Shown: positions 18,692-28,650, counted from the stretch's first letter. The stretch: 64,000 bases of DNA from a virus (IMGVR_UViG_3300033149_002876:4118-68117); one strand, 5' to 3'. Notes: a model not told the origin generated them from the letters alone. Program-made: numbers and translations.

Positions 18692-18706
18692 ATTGGGAGG
18701 GTAAGG

Positions 18707-20221
18707 ATGGAGAGCAATTCTTTATTCGTAACAAATAACTCAACCGCAGTTGAAGAGCTTTTCACAGAAGTAACTTTCAACCTCAAAGCCGATAAAGCTA
18801 AAACCCGATATGATACCTTTCAAGGAAAACAATATTTAGTAGTCCCTTGTGTAATGATAACAGAAGGTATTCTCAATGGTTCTGAAGGCCCATTATATTA
18901 TCCGGCAAAAGAGCTTTCTAAAACTCCAGCCGTATGGAATGCAAAACCGGTTGTAGTTCATCATCCTGAAATGAATGGCCAACCTGTATCAGCTTGTGAT
19001 CCTATTATTATTGAGACATATAGTATTGGATTGCTTTTTAATACTCGATGGGAAGATGGAAAGCTAAAAACTGAATGTTGGATTGATGAAGAGAAAGCTA
19101 ATCAAGTTGATGAGAGAGTATTGGAAGCAGTTGAAAATGAAAGTATGATGGAGGTTAGTACAGGACTTTATCTTGATAATGATAAAAAGGAAGGTAAATG
19201 GAATGGGGAAGTTTATAATGGCACTGTTCGTAATTTCCGGCCTGATCATTTAGCTATACTTCCTGATCTTAAAGGAGCTTGTTCAATAGAGGACGGTGCT
19301 GGACTTCTTCGTAATGCTAAGAAAGAAAATACACCTGAAGGAAGATTTGCAGGAAGTCTATATAAAGTTTTTAATGAAATGAGTCATAACGAATTGTGGG
19401 GGAAATTAAACGATAAAGTTGAAACAGCTGCCATGAATTCTTGGGTGGTGGATGTGTATGATGATTATTTTGTATATGAAGTTAAAGATAAAATGTATTA
19501 CCAAGAATATGAAGTTAATAATGAGGATGAAGTAAAGTTTATTGGTCTTCGACAGGAAGTCGAAAAAATAACCCAGTATAAAACTACTGATGGTAATTTA
19601 ATTGGTAATGTTTCAAACCATGTTCATAATAAGGAGTTAGATATGAACAAGAAGAAAATTGTTGATGGTCTCATTAAGAATGAGAAAAGTCCCTGGACTG
19701 AAGAAGACAGGGAAGCTTTGATGGCGATGGATGAAGGTAAACTGGAATGTGTTGTGAATGGTTCGGAAGAAAAGAAGGTTGAGCCTGAACCGAAACCTAA
19801 AGCAAATGTTGATCCTGAACCGAAGAAGGGAAAGAAGACAGAACCCAAGAAGAAGGAAGAAGGCAAAGAAGTTCCTGCAGAGAATAAGGAACTGACTGAC
19901 GCGGAATATATTGCCAATGCTCCAAAGGGAGTTCAGGACATGTATAATTTTGCGATTGCCACTCTTAATAAGCAGAAAGTTGATTTGATCACGAAGATCA
20001 CAGCCAATGATCGGAATCCTTATACCCCAGAAGAGCTTGCAGTAAAAAATGTGGGTGAACTTGAAAATCTTGCTATTCTGGCTGAAGTTCCTGTGCAGAA
20101 ACCTGCACCTGTAATTCCTGCTTCTCCTCTTTTTAATGGACAGGCTCCTCTGCCTGTAGCAAATGAAGATGAAGAAGAGCCACTGGTTGCTCCGGGTGTT
20201 GTGAATGCAGAAGAAGAATAA
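18707..20221 (+). CDS. Prohead protease/scaffold (DUF2213 family)
   Basis: VVVHHP, EVSTG and PDHLAILPD..GACS..DGAG, followed by a charged scaffold-like C-terminus. Confidence 0.85.
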   Translation: MESNSLFVTNNSTAVEELFTEVTFNLKADKAKTRYDTFQGKQYLVVPCVMITEGILNGSEGPLYYPAKELSKTPAVWNAKPVVVHHPEMNGQPVSACDPIIIETYSIGLLFNTRWEDGKLKTECWIDEEKANQVDERVLEAVENESMMEVSTGLYLDNDKKEGKWNGEVYNGTVRNFRPDHLAILPDLKGACSIEDGAGLLRNAKKENTPEGRFAGSLYKVFNEMSHNELWGKLNDKVETAAMNSWVVDVYDDYFVYEVKDKMYYQEYEVNNEDEVKFIGLRQEVEKITQYKTTDGNLIGNVSNHVHNKELDMNKKKIVDGLIKNEKSPWTEEDREALMAMDEGKLECVVNGSEEKKVEPEPKPKANVDPEPKKGKKTEPKKKEEGKEVPAENKELTDAEYIANAPKGVQDMYNFAIATLNKQKVDLITKITANDRNPYTPEELAVKNVGELENLAILAEVPVQKPAPVIPASPLFNGQAPLPVANEDEEEPLVAPGVVNAEEE

Positions 20222-20290
20222 GTAAAGATTTATTTATATAATGGAAGTACAAGGTAAAAATTCAGTAACTAACTTTAAAGGAGATATGTA

Positions 20291-20743
20291 ATGAGTACTG
20301 AAAATCAGGTACACTTGAGAGGTCAGTTTGAAAGGGATGAGATTCGTGCAGCCGCTGCAATTACTCCCGGACATCTTATTGAAAAGGTTGCAGCGGGAAC
20401 TTGTCAGAAGCATTCCACAGAGGGCGGAGTAGCCATGCGGATGTTTGCGGAAATTGATGCGCTTCAGGGGAATACTCTGGATGATGATTATGCTGCTGCT
20501 GCTTTAGTGGCGGTAAATCTTGAGCATATTGGAAATGATTGCCAGGCATTTTTAAAAGCCGGTGAAAATGTCACCATAGGCGAAAAGCTTATCAGCGCAG
20601 GGGATGGAACTCTTATTGCAGCTGGTTCGGTTTCTTCTGGCACGACTGTTGCAGATAATGTTGCCACAGCCCAGGAAGCAAAAGACCTGAGTGGTTCAGG
20701 CGCGGTTGATACTCTTATTAAAGTAAGAATTCTTCCGTCGTAA
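20291..20743 (+). CDS. Head decoration / capsid cement protein
   Basis: Small Ala/Gly-rich protein directly before the major capsid gene; LISAGDGTL motif. Confidence 0.75.
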   Translation: MSTENQVHLRGQFERDEIRAAAAITPGHLIEKVAAGTCQKHSTEGGVAMRMFAEIDALQGNTLDDDYAAAALVAVNLEHIGNDCQAFLKAGENVTIGEKLISAGDGTLIAAGSVSSGTTVADNVATAQEAKDLSGSGAVDTLIKVRILPS

Positions 20744-20805
20744 TATTTCCCTGTTTTAAATGAGAAATAAGATATGATAAAAAGAACTTTTTCAAGGAGA
20801 AGAAA

Positions 20806-21873
20806 ATGGACGTTATAATGAATGGGCAGGCACAGGGGGATATTGCTACAAAACTCCTGGCCAATAACATGGACCCGGGTATCCTGCGTCCCTTTGTAGG
20901 GAACGATGGTAGATCATATGCTACTATTATGGAAAATGGGAAACCCACTGTCAAGCTGCTTAATAATGCAACAGCCACTCTGCGTAAAGATGCATGGCAG
21001 ATACTTGATGCTGCAGTTGTGAAAGCAGCAAAACCCAGACTCAAGGCTGTTGCTGACCTTCGTGGAGCTGGTCTTACTTATAATATTCCAAATGGAATGA
21101 GTAAGACTGTTGTTCAGACAGAAACTCAGAGTGACATCAGTGATGCGGTAATCTCAATGTCTGGAATCAGGCAAAGTGACACTGACCGGCCGGTATATGA
21201 AATTACCAATTTACCCCTGCCTATCATCCATAAAGATTTTCAGTTTCCGACCAGGCAGGTAATGGTAAGTCGTAATAGCGGAAGTCCTCTTGATACCTCC
21301 ACAGCAGAATTGGCTGCACGGAGAGTTGCCGAACAGGCCGAACAGTTGCTTCTGGGAACTTCGGGCTCTTATGCCTATGGTGGTGGGACTATCTACGGAT
21401 ATACCAACTTTCCAAGTCGCTTGACTAAAACTATGACCGCTCCTACTGCGGGTGGATGGACAGCAGCAACGACTGTTAATGAAGTTTTGGAAATGCGTCT
21501 CCAGGCACAGCAGGCTTTTCATTATGGTCCTTATATGATCTATTGCTCAACGGCATGGGATGTATATCTGGATGATGATTATTCTGCTAATAAGGGTGAT
21601 AATACCCTGCGTGATCGTTTAAAAGCGATTAACGAAATCAGTGATGTTCGCACCCTTGATTATCTTGATACGGCCGGCACTTCTTACGTTATGCTGCTCG
21701 TCCAGATGACAAGTGATGTAGTTCGAGAAGTTGTGGGAATGGATATCAATACTGTCCAGTGGGAAACCCAGGGCGGAATGATGCTGAATTTCAAAGTAAT
21801 GGCTATTCTTGTTCCTCAGTTGAGGGCCGACCAGAATAGTAATACGGGCATAGTTCACGGAACTACTGCTTAA
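20806..21873 (+). CDS. Major capsid protein, HK97 fold (Linocin-M18/encapsulin-like)
   Basis: TLRKDAWQILDAAVV, PLPIIHKDF and GYTNFPSR; position in the head module; biased codon usage. Confidence 0.85.
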   Translation: MDVIMNGQAQGDIATKLLANNMDPGILRPFVGNDGRSYATIMENGKPTVKLLNNATATLRKDAWQILDAAVVKAAKPRLKAVADLRGAGLTYNIPNGMSKTVVQTETQSDISDAVISMSGIRQSDTDRPVYEITNLPLPIIHKDFQFPTRQVMVSRNSGSPLDTSTAELAARRVAEQAEQLLLGTSGSYAYGGGTIYGYTNFPSRLTKTMTAPTAGGWTAATTVNEVLEMRLQAQQAFHYGPYMIYCSTAWDVYLDDDYSANKGDNTLRDRLKAINEISDVRTLDYLDTAGTSYVMLLVQMTSDVVREVVGMDINTVQWETQGGMMLNFKVMAILVPQLRADQNSNTGIVHGTTA

Positions 21874-21888
21874 GTGAGAGCAATCTAA

Positions 21889-21920
21889 GCCGGGGGTTGG
21901 GTTTTTAATCCTCCCCCGGT
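21889..21920 (+). terminator. Hairpin after the major capsid gene
   Basis: GCCGGGGG...CCCCCGGT stem. Confidence 0.6.
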
Positions 21921-21978
21921 AAAAGATTTTGATGGCTGAATAATTTTATTTTTAAATCTCTTGGGAAGGAGAAAAGAA

Positions 21979-22398
21979 ATGAAGCGTTTTAAACTGTTAC
22001 CCAAAGTTGGTAATCACACACAGCGTGACAAAGCAGGTGAACTGGTCACTATTACTGCAGAAGGTGGGGAAATAATTGAAACAGAAGATGATCTGTGCAA
22101 AATGTTTCCTGGCAAATTTGAAGAAGTAAAAATTCCAGAATCACAAGCGAAGAAAGAAAAAACTGAAGATACTAAAAGTAAACCCAAAAAGAAGATTGTA
22201 AAAAAGAAGAAAAAACCTTTGGGAAGAGATGTCACTGAAAAATTTGAAGTAGCCGAAGAAGAAGATTTCAAAGTGTTTTATGCTACTGGCCGGGGTTATT
22301 TTGTAGCTGAAGCTGAAGATCCTACCACATCATTAAATGAAAAAGGACTTAAAAAAGCTTCTGTTGAAAAGTACATCAAAAAGTATCTGAAGGAATAG
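21979..22398 (+). CDS. Hypothetical head-associated protein
   Basis: ATG after GGAAGGAG; K-rich linker. Confidence 0.6.
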   Translation: MKRFKLLPKVGNHTQRDKAGELVTITAEGGEIIETEDDLCKMFPGKFEEVKIPESQAKKEKTEDTKSKPKKKIVKKKKKPLGRDVTEKFEVAEEEDFKVFYATGRGYFVAEAEDPTTSLNEKGLKKASVEKYIKKYLKE

Positions 22399-22400
22399 TA

Positions 22401-23042
22401 GTGAATCAGAACTGGCAACCTAAAGAGATGTGGAAAGAGGAGCCCTGCTATATAATAGGGGGTGGAAATTCTCTAGAAGGTTTTGATTGGGATGCTCTTA
22501 AGGAAAAAAATGTCATAGGCTGTAATGTAGCTTTTTATATTGGCGTTGACATTGTTCCTATTATTGTTTTTGGTGATGGTCTTTTTCTTAAACAACATAG
22601 AACGGGTTTAGATAAATATGCTAAGCAAGGTGGTTGGGCAATTACCAATTCCAGTCTTGTTACTAGTATGAATCCACCTGATTACCTCAAACATATGAAA
22701 AAAGAAAATAGAGGTCTTATCAAAGATGGTTTAGGATGGAATTCCAATACAGGTGCCAGTGCAATAAATCTTGCTTTACTATTTGGATGTAATCCTATTT
22801 ATTTATTAGGGTATGATATGCGGTTATCTGATAATGGGAAGAAAAATTATCATAACTTTTATAATGATTCCCCTAAAGTCAAATCATATGATCGCTTTCT
22901 TCGCGGGCTGACCCAGGTGGCCAGGGATTTGAAACTGCTTTTCCCTGGTCGCCAGGTCATTAACCTGGAAGACAATACAAGTTCCTTGGAAGTGTTTCCA
23001 AAGGAGAGTTTAAAGAATCATTTTTCTAAAGAGAGAGTGTAA
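22401..23042 (+). CDS. Maf/DUF115/MptE-like transferase (sialyltransferase-like Rossmann fold)
   Basis: CYIIGGGNSL, VIGCN and NTGASAINLALLFGCNPIYLLGYDM. Confidence 0.7.
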   Translation: MNQNWQPKEMWKEEPCYIIGGGNSLEGFDWDALKEKNVIGCNVAFYIGVDIVPIIVFGDGLFLKQHRTGLDKYAKQGGWAITNSSLVTSMNPPDYLKHMKKENRGLIKDGLGWNSNTGASAINLALLFGCNPIYLLGYDMRLSDNGKKNYHNFYNDSPKVKSYDRFLRGLTQVARDLKLLFPGRQVINLEDNTSSLEVFPKESLKNHFSKERV

Positions 23043-23572
23043 TGAAAAGAAATTATTTATTTGTTGCTTTGATTTGTTTTTTCCTTATGGGGTTTGTAGT
23101 CGCAGCTATTACAGCTGATCCTACGGCCGTTTCCCCGGATTCTATAGATAATGAGGCTATTGAAGAAGAAAAGCTCGTTACAGAGCCTGTCACAGCGGTT
23201 GTCGAAGAAGATAAAGGTAGTTCTTTTGGTAAAAATCTCTGGTTATTCCTAAATAGCCCTATTGGATTATCTGTTATAGCTTTTATCCTAACATTGATAG
23301 GTGGAAAAATATTTACAGCTAAACCAAAATGGAAGTCTCTTGTTCTTAAATACGGCCCACAACTAATGCAAGCTGTAAAATTAGCTGAAAAGAAAATTAC
23401 AACTGATAGTGGGGGTTTATCTCGATTAGATGATGCCCTTGAATATATTATAAAGTTGGAACCGAAGTTAGCTAAAGTTGATAGTGAAGATATTAAGAAA
23501 GCTTTAACAACTGTTCATGCTAAAGCTGAAGCAAGTGGAAATATAAAGGTACATCATGAAGTGGCTGATTGA
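23042..23572 (+). CDS. Holin-like membrane protein
   Basis: N-terminal signal/TM helix, a second TM (PIGLSVIAFILTLIGG) and a helical C-terminus (AVKLAEK). Confidence 0.5.
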   Translation: MKRNYLFVALICFFLMGFVVAAITADPTAVSPDSIDNEAIEEEKLVTEPVTAVVEEDKGSSFGKNLWLFLNSPIGLSVIAFILTLIGGKIFTAKPKWKSLVLKYGPQLMQAVKLAEKKITTDSGGLSRLDDALEYIIKLEPKLAKVDSEDIKKALTTVHAKAEASGNIKVHHEVAD

Positions 23573-23711
23573 TTTAATTGTGGGATTGTTCAAATCCATA
23601 TTTCAAGTGAATATGGAAAACCCGATTAAAGAAAGTGAGGAAATGTATGATTATGCAGAAACGTCATTTGAACATCCTGATGATGTTTTTTCTGATTCTG
23701 ATTGGCATTAA
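23556..23711 (+). CDS. Short membrane-anchored protein (i-spanin-like, 51 aa)
   Basis: Manually read MKWLIDLIVGLFKSIF...; overlaps the downstream lipoprotein gene. Confidence 0.45.
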   Translation: MKWLIDLIVGLFKSIFQVNMENPIKESEEMYDYAETSFEHPDDVFSDSDWH

Positions 23712-23952
23712 CTCAGGCTGCTTTCTTCAACCACGTGTTGAAATTAAAAGGGAGCTTCATATATTAGGTACGGATGCTCCTGCTGTGCGTTTAGGAAAAT
23801 CGGTAAAGGGAGAAATATGGGCTTGGAATTTTGATAAGAAAAAATGGGAGCTTAAAGGTGAACAAATGATTCCAGCAGGAACTTATTTGAAATTTAAAAA
23901 GCCTAAAGATAAAATTGAAGATGTTTTGAAGGAAGAGAATATAGATGGCTAG
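23635..23952 (+). CDS. Lipoprotein (o-spanin-like)
   Basis: MMFFLILIGINSG-C lipobox; true start probably about 23680. Confidence 0.55.
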   Translation: MRKCMIMQKRHLNILMMFFLILIGINSGCFLQPRVEIKRELHILGTDAPAVRLGKSVKGEIWAWNFDKKKWELKGEQMIPAGTYLKFKKPKDKIEDVLKEENIDG

Positions 23953-24343
23953 AGTAACTGAAGATGAAGTCAAAGTTGTAGTTGATTGGGATGGTTCTAC
24001 TGATCTCACTGCTTTTATAGCTGCTGCTAATATTCTTGTTACTGCAGTTTGTACTGATTCTGGTTATACTGATACTGAATTAAAAGAAATTGAAAGATGG
24101 TTGTCTGGTCATTTTTATGTAATGAAAGATCAGACACCATCTGAAATGAAAGCAGGTAATGCAAGTGATAAATATCAATATGATATTGGAAAAATGCTTT
24201 ATCATAGTAAGCAGGGACAGGTGGCTATGTCTATAGACTATGATGGTAATTTGGCAGAACTTAGTCATAAAATGGAAGAAGGCCAAATTGATATTACCGT
24301 TGAGTGGATGGGTGAAGATTATGAAACTGAGTATAGCAATTAA
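23945..24343 (+). CDS. Head-tail adaptor
   Basis: MARVT..EVK, FIAAAN, IERWLSGHF and QGQVA..D pattern. Confidence 0.75.
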   Translation: MARVTEDEVKVVVDWDGSTDLTAFIAAANILVTAVCTDSGYTDTELKEIERWLSGHFYVMKDQTPSEMKAGNASDKYQYDIGKMLYHSKQGQVAMSIDYDGNLAELSHKMEEGQIDITVEWMGEDYETEYSN

Positions 24344-24361
24344 ATAAAGAGAGGGCACCTA

Positions 24362-24625
24362 ATGTCTAACGGATTAAAAGGACTTATAGAAAAATATGCC
24401 GAAAATGCGGACAATGGTTCATTTGAAAGTTTGATGTGCCAGTTTGCTTTAGATATGATAGATTTAAAAAAAGAAGTAAAAGAATTAAAGAAAGCCAAAA
24501 CGAATTTTTTTATTAGAATGGGAGTTATTAAAGCTTCTGCTTTTCTTTTTGGTATTTTCTTATTTAACTCAATTATAATAACGGGTGTTTGTATTGGTAT
24601 TTTAAAAACATTCGGAAAACTTTAA
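24362..24625 (+). CDS. Coiled-coil protein with C-terminal TM (holin-like?)
   Basis: Hydrophobic C-terminal ~30 aa. Confidence 0.45.
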   Translation: MSNGLKGLIEKYAENADNGSFESLMCQFALDMIDLKKEVKELKKAKTNFFIRMGVIKASAFLFGIFLFNSIIITGVCIGILKTFGKL

Positions 24626-24648
24626 TATATAAATTAAGGAGATAAAGT

Positions 24649-25836
24649 ATGGCAGGTGATGATAGACAAATTGAAGTTGCATTATTTGATATAGATAATC
24701 CAGAAGCCCTTGCTGATTTGCTTGCAGGAAGAGCTAAGAATCTGGGTATTTGTATTATGGGTTCTGATGGGACTAAGATTTATCCTATTAAAACTAATAA
24801 TGAAGGTGAATTGATTATAAATCTTGAAGCCAGTTCTATTACAATTGGTGATGTAAGAATAAAAGATGCTGTAGGTTCTTTTTATGCTGATGTAAATGAT
24901 GCTAATACTGCCCGGACTACTGGAACAAAAGTAATTGCTGTCCAGTCTTTAGATGAGGCTGGTAATGTATTGAAAACTTCTTTATTAGCAACAGCTGCAA
25001 AGCAACCTGCTTTGGGTACGGGCTCAATGGTAGGTTCTTCTCCTTTTACTTTAGCTATTGATGATACTCAGTTTGGAGCAATAGGTTCAGCAGCAGCAAT
25101 AGCCGGAAATATTCATGCCCAATTGAGAGCGATAGGAATTGCTCTTGAAATTATGGATGATTGGGATGAATCAGACAGAGCTAAAGTAAATATTATTGCC
25201 GGGCAGGTTGGAGTTGCCGGTGGTGCTGGTGCAATATCTGCTTTGACTCTAAGAACTATAATGGCAAATGATGATCCGGCTTCAGTAGCAATACAATTGA
25301 TTTCAGAAACTATAGGAACAGAAGCAGCCACAGCAGCACTTAAATCATTATTGATGGGTGGGAAGCATGAAGTAACTTTAACTGAACTAGCTGATGGTCA
25401 GCAAGGTGATATTGCTGTTGGTCCTTTTCGTAGAATAATCACATCAAATAATGATGCTTCCCAAAATGTTAATCAGGTTCAGGATGCCACAACAGTATCC
25501 GGGGTTCCAATGACCCCAGGAGAGCAGACAACTCTTACTGCTCCGGGTGATGGAAATGCTGAGAATGTAAAAGGATATAAAAATCATACCTGGGCAGTTA
25601 CAATTGTTCTTAATACTTGTGATTCTGTAGATGTAGCTATTCATGGAAAGTTAAAAGATTCTGCTTATGGAAATGTTGAAGGCTCTAATCCACCAGTTGA
25701 TACGACATGGAGTGCTGATGGAACGTTTTTTATGACAGCTCCAGATATTGGTTTTGTTTCAATGAAGCCTGTATTTGTTTCTGAAGCTGGGGATACTGAT
25801 TCAACCGTAACTTTCGAGTATGTAGGATGCAATTAA
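24649..25836 (+). CDS. Virion structural protein (neck/collar fibre-like)
   Basis: A/G/T-rich, beta-rich C-terminal domain; within the neck module. Confidence 0.55.
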   Translation: MAGDDRQIEVALFDIDNPEALADLLAGRAKNLGICIMGSDGTKIYPIKTNNEGELIINLEASSITIGDVRIKDAVGSFYADVNDANTARTTGTKVIAVQSLDEAGNVLKTSLLATAAKQPALGTGSMVGSSPFTLAIDDTQFGAIGSAAAIAGNIHAQLRAIGIALEIMDDWDESDRAKVNIIAGQVGVAGGAGAISALTLRTIMANDDPASVAIQLISETIGTEAATAALKSLLMGGKHEVTLTELADGQQGDIAVGPFRRIITSNNDASQNVNQVQDATTVSGVPMTPGEQTTLTAPGDGNAENVKGYKNHTWAVTIVLNTCDSVDVAIHGKLKDSAYGNVEGSNPPVDTTWSADGTFFMTAPDIGFVSMKPVFVSEAGDTDSTVTFEYVGCN

Positions 25837-26393
25837 TGGTAAATTTATTACAACCTAGTATATTATCTCGGATTCTTCATGGACAATCTCCTGCTAATTC
25901 TTTATTGGATTATGCTGAGAGAGTTGCTGGTGAAATAATAGAGGTTCCTGTTACAGTGGGAGGTACTGGTGCTCAAGTAGTTAATATGTTTGAAATAACC
26001 GGAACTGTTAAAATATATACTCAGTGGGCAGAATTAACAAGAGTTGGAACTTTACTTAATTTAACAGGAATGTATGCTGATGTATATGATGGGATAAATA
26101 CTATATTGTTAACAGATAATACACCTGGAGCAGTATTGAGTGGGGCACCAGTAGGATCATTTTTCACAAAAGATAAAATATCATCTCAACCTTATACAGT
26201 TCTTTTGGCAGATGAGGTAAGGTTATCAGAACCAGCATTCTTGATGGCTCAACCTTTCTTAATAACAGCAAAGAATGGAGCAACTACTTATATGAGGTTT
26301 CATTATACGACTACAGATAATCCTGTGGACTTTGATTTTATAGCTTGGTTCATATGGTTGCCTGTAAACGGTGGAACATTAACATTAGTTTAA
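25836..26393 (+). CDS. Putative virion structural protein
   Basis: Beta-rich ORF starting MVNLL, like the next gene. Confidence 0.5.
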   Translation: MVNLLQPSILSRILHGQSPANSLLDYAERVAGEIIEVPVTVGGTGAQVVNMFEITGTVKIYTQWAELTRVGTLLNLTGMYADVYDGINTILLTDNTPGAVLSGAPVGSFFTKDKISSQPYTVLLADEVRLSEPAFLMAQPFLITAKNGATTYMRFHYTTTDNPVDFDFIAWFIWLPVNGGTLTLV

Positions 26394-26404
26394 TGGAGTA
26401 AAAT

Positions 26405-26938
26405 ATGGTAAATTTATTAGCAAATAATAATATGGCCCAAGAGGTTTATGAGATTGAACACCATCTTCATAATTACGAAGATTGGTTTGGTATAGCAGTC
26501 GCTCCAGATGCAGAACTTCATGTGGCAGATGATATCCTGGGAACAACTCTTGCTAATCCGGTATTGCCTTTTCAGCTTGACGGTGGCAATGAAATATGGG
26601 GATCATGGGTACAAATACTTGGAAGTAGTGATACTCCAAACAGACCAGGGAACACTCATTTTGATTTGCATAAAATAGAGATAGTAGGTTCTGAACATAC
26701 CAACACTCATTATTTTATTCAGATAGCCACTGGAGCAACGGGAGCTGCCGGGCTAAGTGCTTTAACATATACAACAGTACCTTATCTGTCACCAACGAAT
26801 CAAGCTGCTGATAGACCAATAATAGCACTTGACAGGAGATCACTTGTTGGTGAAAAGGCTTGGGCCAGATGTGTGGCTATGGCAAAGAATGAAGGAACAA
26901 TAAACTTTTATTTTGGTACTCACGAATACAGTAAATAG
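26405..26938 (+). CDS. Putative virion structural protein
   Basis: Beta-rich ORF (WGSWVQIL, FDLH); GGAG SD. Confidence 0.5.
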   Translation: MVNLLANNNMAQEVYEIEHHLHNYEDWFGIAVAPDAELHVADDILGTTLANPVLPFQLDGGNEIWGSWVQILGSSDTPNRPGNTHFDLHKIEIVGSEHTNTHYFIQIATGATGAAGLSALTYTTVPYLSPTNQAADRPIIALDRRSLVGEKAWARCVAMAKNEGTINFYFGTHEYSK

Positions 26939-26949
26939 GAGAATAGAAA

Positions 26950-27339
26950 ATGGACGGAATATATTTAAAAGCAAAAGAAGATGAAATTGGGGAAGCTGGA
27001 TTTGATGAAAAAACCAGTGTTACTGAAATGATCAGACTTGTTGAAGAGGGTGAAAAATCTAAGATTGTTGTATGTAGTAAAGCATTAAAAGGAATAGATG
27101 CCACTTCCAAAGATTTTGATAAAATGAGTAAGCTGTATGATGAAATTGAAGCTGAGACAAAAGCAATGGCTTTAATAAGTATAGTAGATGCCAAAAATGA
27201 AAGTGAATATGTAGCTGAACTTGATAAAGTGAAGAATCATTTGGAGAGTGATAAATGGCTGGCAGGAGTAAAGGCTGAAGCAAAAGTTACTACCTTTAAA
27301 GATTTAAAAGATGCTTATGCAGTTGAGGAGCCTGTTTAA
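26950..27339 (+). CDS. Hypothetical helical protein
   Basis: ORF with AGGAG SD. Confidence 0.55.
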   Translation: MDGIYLKAKEDEIGEAGFDEKTSVTEMIRLVEEGEKSKIVVCSKALKGIDATSKDFDKMSKLYDEIEAETKAMALISIVDAKNESEYVAELDKVKNHLESDKWLAGVKAEAKVTTFKDLKDAYAVEEPV

Positions 27340-27996
27340 ATGAGTCAGATGAGAAGATTTCTAATTGATTCCAGTTGTGTGCTCGCTGAAAGTCTTGGTG
27401 ATCTACAATATCTTCGGGATAAATATATTATACAGGATAAACCCACAATAGTAAATGGCTTAAGTGGTAAGGCTATGAAATTTGGAGGACTTAGGGCAAT
27501 TCGTATAGAGGACTTTCAATATTTATTTACGGGAGATTATCTCCCAATGTCTTTTTCATTTTTACTCAGAATAAATACATCTGGAGCAAGCAGGGTATTT
27601 TTAGATACTTCACTTGATGCAAGTAGTGATGATGCTAAAGGTTTTATGATTTTTACTTATCAGTCAGAAGATCTTGTTTTTGCTGCTGGTGATGGAACTT
27701 GGGGCCAAGTGCAATTTGATTCTAGTGCGAATTGTGTTCTTGATGTGTGGGCTAGATATATATTTACAATTGATGCAAGTAAAAATTATATAATTTATAA
27801 AGATGGTTTACCAAAAGATTCAGGAGTATTTGTTAGAGGAATTGATTTTGATGATGATATTGATGATTTGTATATAGGTCTTCGTGGAGACAATTGGCCT
27901 AATGATGATTCTTTTGATATGGATGAAGTTATTTTTTGGAATAGGGTGGTTTCTCCTGCTGAAGCTTTTGGTATTTCAACTGGAAAGGCTTTCTAA
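27340..27996 (+). CDS. LamG/concanavalin A-like domain protein 1
   Basis: GKAMKFGG, IYKDG, LYIG and MDEVIFWNRVVS. Confidence 0.8.
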   Translation: MSQMRRFLIDSSCVLAESLGDLQYLRDKYIIQDKPTIVNGLSGKAMKFGGLRAIRIEDFQYLFTGDYLPMSFSFLLRINTSGASRVFLDTSLDASSDDAKGFMIFTYQSEDLVFAAGDGTWGQVQFDSSANCVLDVWARYIFTIDASKNYIIYKDGLPKDSGVFVRGIDFDDDIDDLYIGLRGDNWPNDDSFDMDEVIFWNRVVSPAEAFGISTGKAF

Positions 27997-28649
27997 TGGG
28001 ATACATGGATAAACTAATTGCTTGGTATGATATGAGTACCATCAATCCTGTCAACCTGGCTCCCCGGAGTTATGGGACTAATAATGGAACTGGAGTTGGA
28101 TTAGTAGCTGCTACAGATATTGTTCCTGGTATCGGTGGAGGAATGGCTACTAAATATGATGGTGCGGGTGAATATACGACTATTCCGGGTACAGGTTTAC
28201 TTGATGTGCTTGCAGCGCCATTCAGTATTTTTACTTTTCTAAGAATGGATTCAGATTCAACCCGTTGGATAATTTCTAAGAATTTGGACGGTGCCGCAAA
28301 TATGCAGTATGGGTTCTATTTTGATTCTGGCAATGATAAAATAATTACTTATCTTGAAGGTGCCGAAAGATGTTCTTCTCCAAATAATTCAGTAGAAATT
28401 GGTAGATGGCATTTAGTAGGGTTTGCGTGGGATGGGACAATTGTTACTCCATATATTGATATAGATCCTGGTACTACAGGAGCTTACTCTGGCTCTTTGA
28501 CATCAAGACCGAATATGGCTATTGGACTTAGGGCTGGTTCCGCAAATACTCTTGGTGGCGCAGTTGATGAAATGATGTTTTTTGATGATGCCTTAACCCA
28601 ACTTCAAGTAGCAGACCTAAATCACAGAATCAGAACAGGAAGGGTATAA
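27996..28649 (+). CDS. LamG-like domain protein 2
   Basis: WHLVGFAWDG, IG and VDEMMFFDDALT. Confidence 0.85.
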   Translation: MGYMDKLIAWYDMSTINPVNLAPRSYGTNNGTGVGLVAATDIVPGIGGGMATKYDGAGEYTTIPGTGLLDVLAAPFSIFTFLRMDSDSTRWIISKNLDGAANMQYGFYFDSGNDKIITYLEGAERCSSPNNSVEIGRWHLVGFAWDGTIVTPYIDIDPGTTGAYSGSLTSRPNMAIGLRAGSANTLGGAVDEMMFFDDALTQLQVADLNHRIRTGRV

Positions 28650-28650
28650 A

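Noticed and set aside
20806-21873. Cellular encapsulin/bacteriocin
   Set aside because: The context is a complete phage head module with no cargo enzyme.
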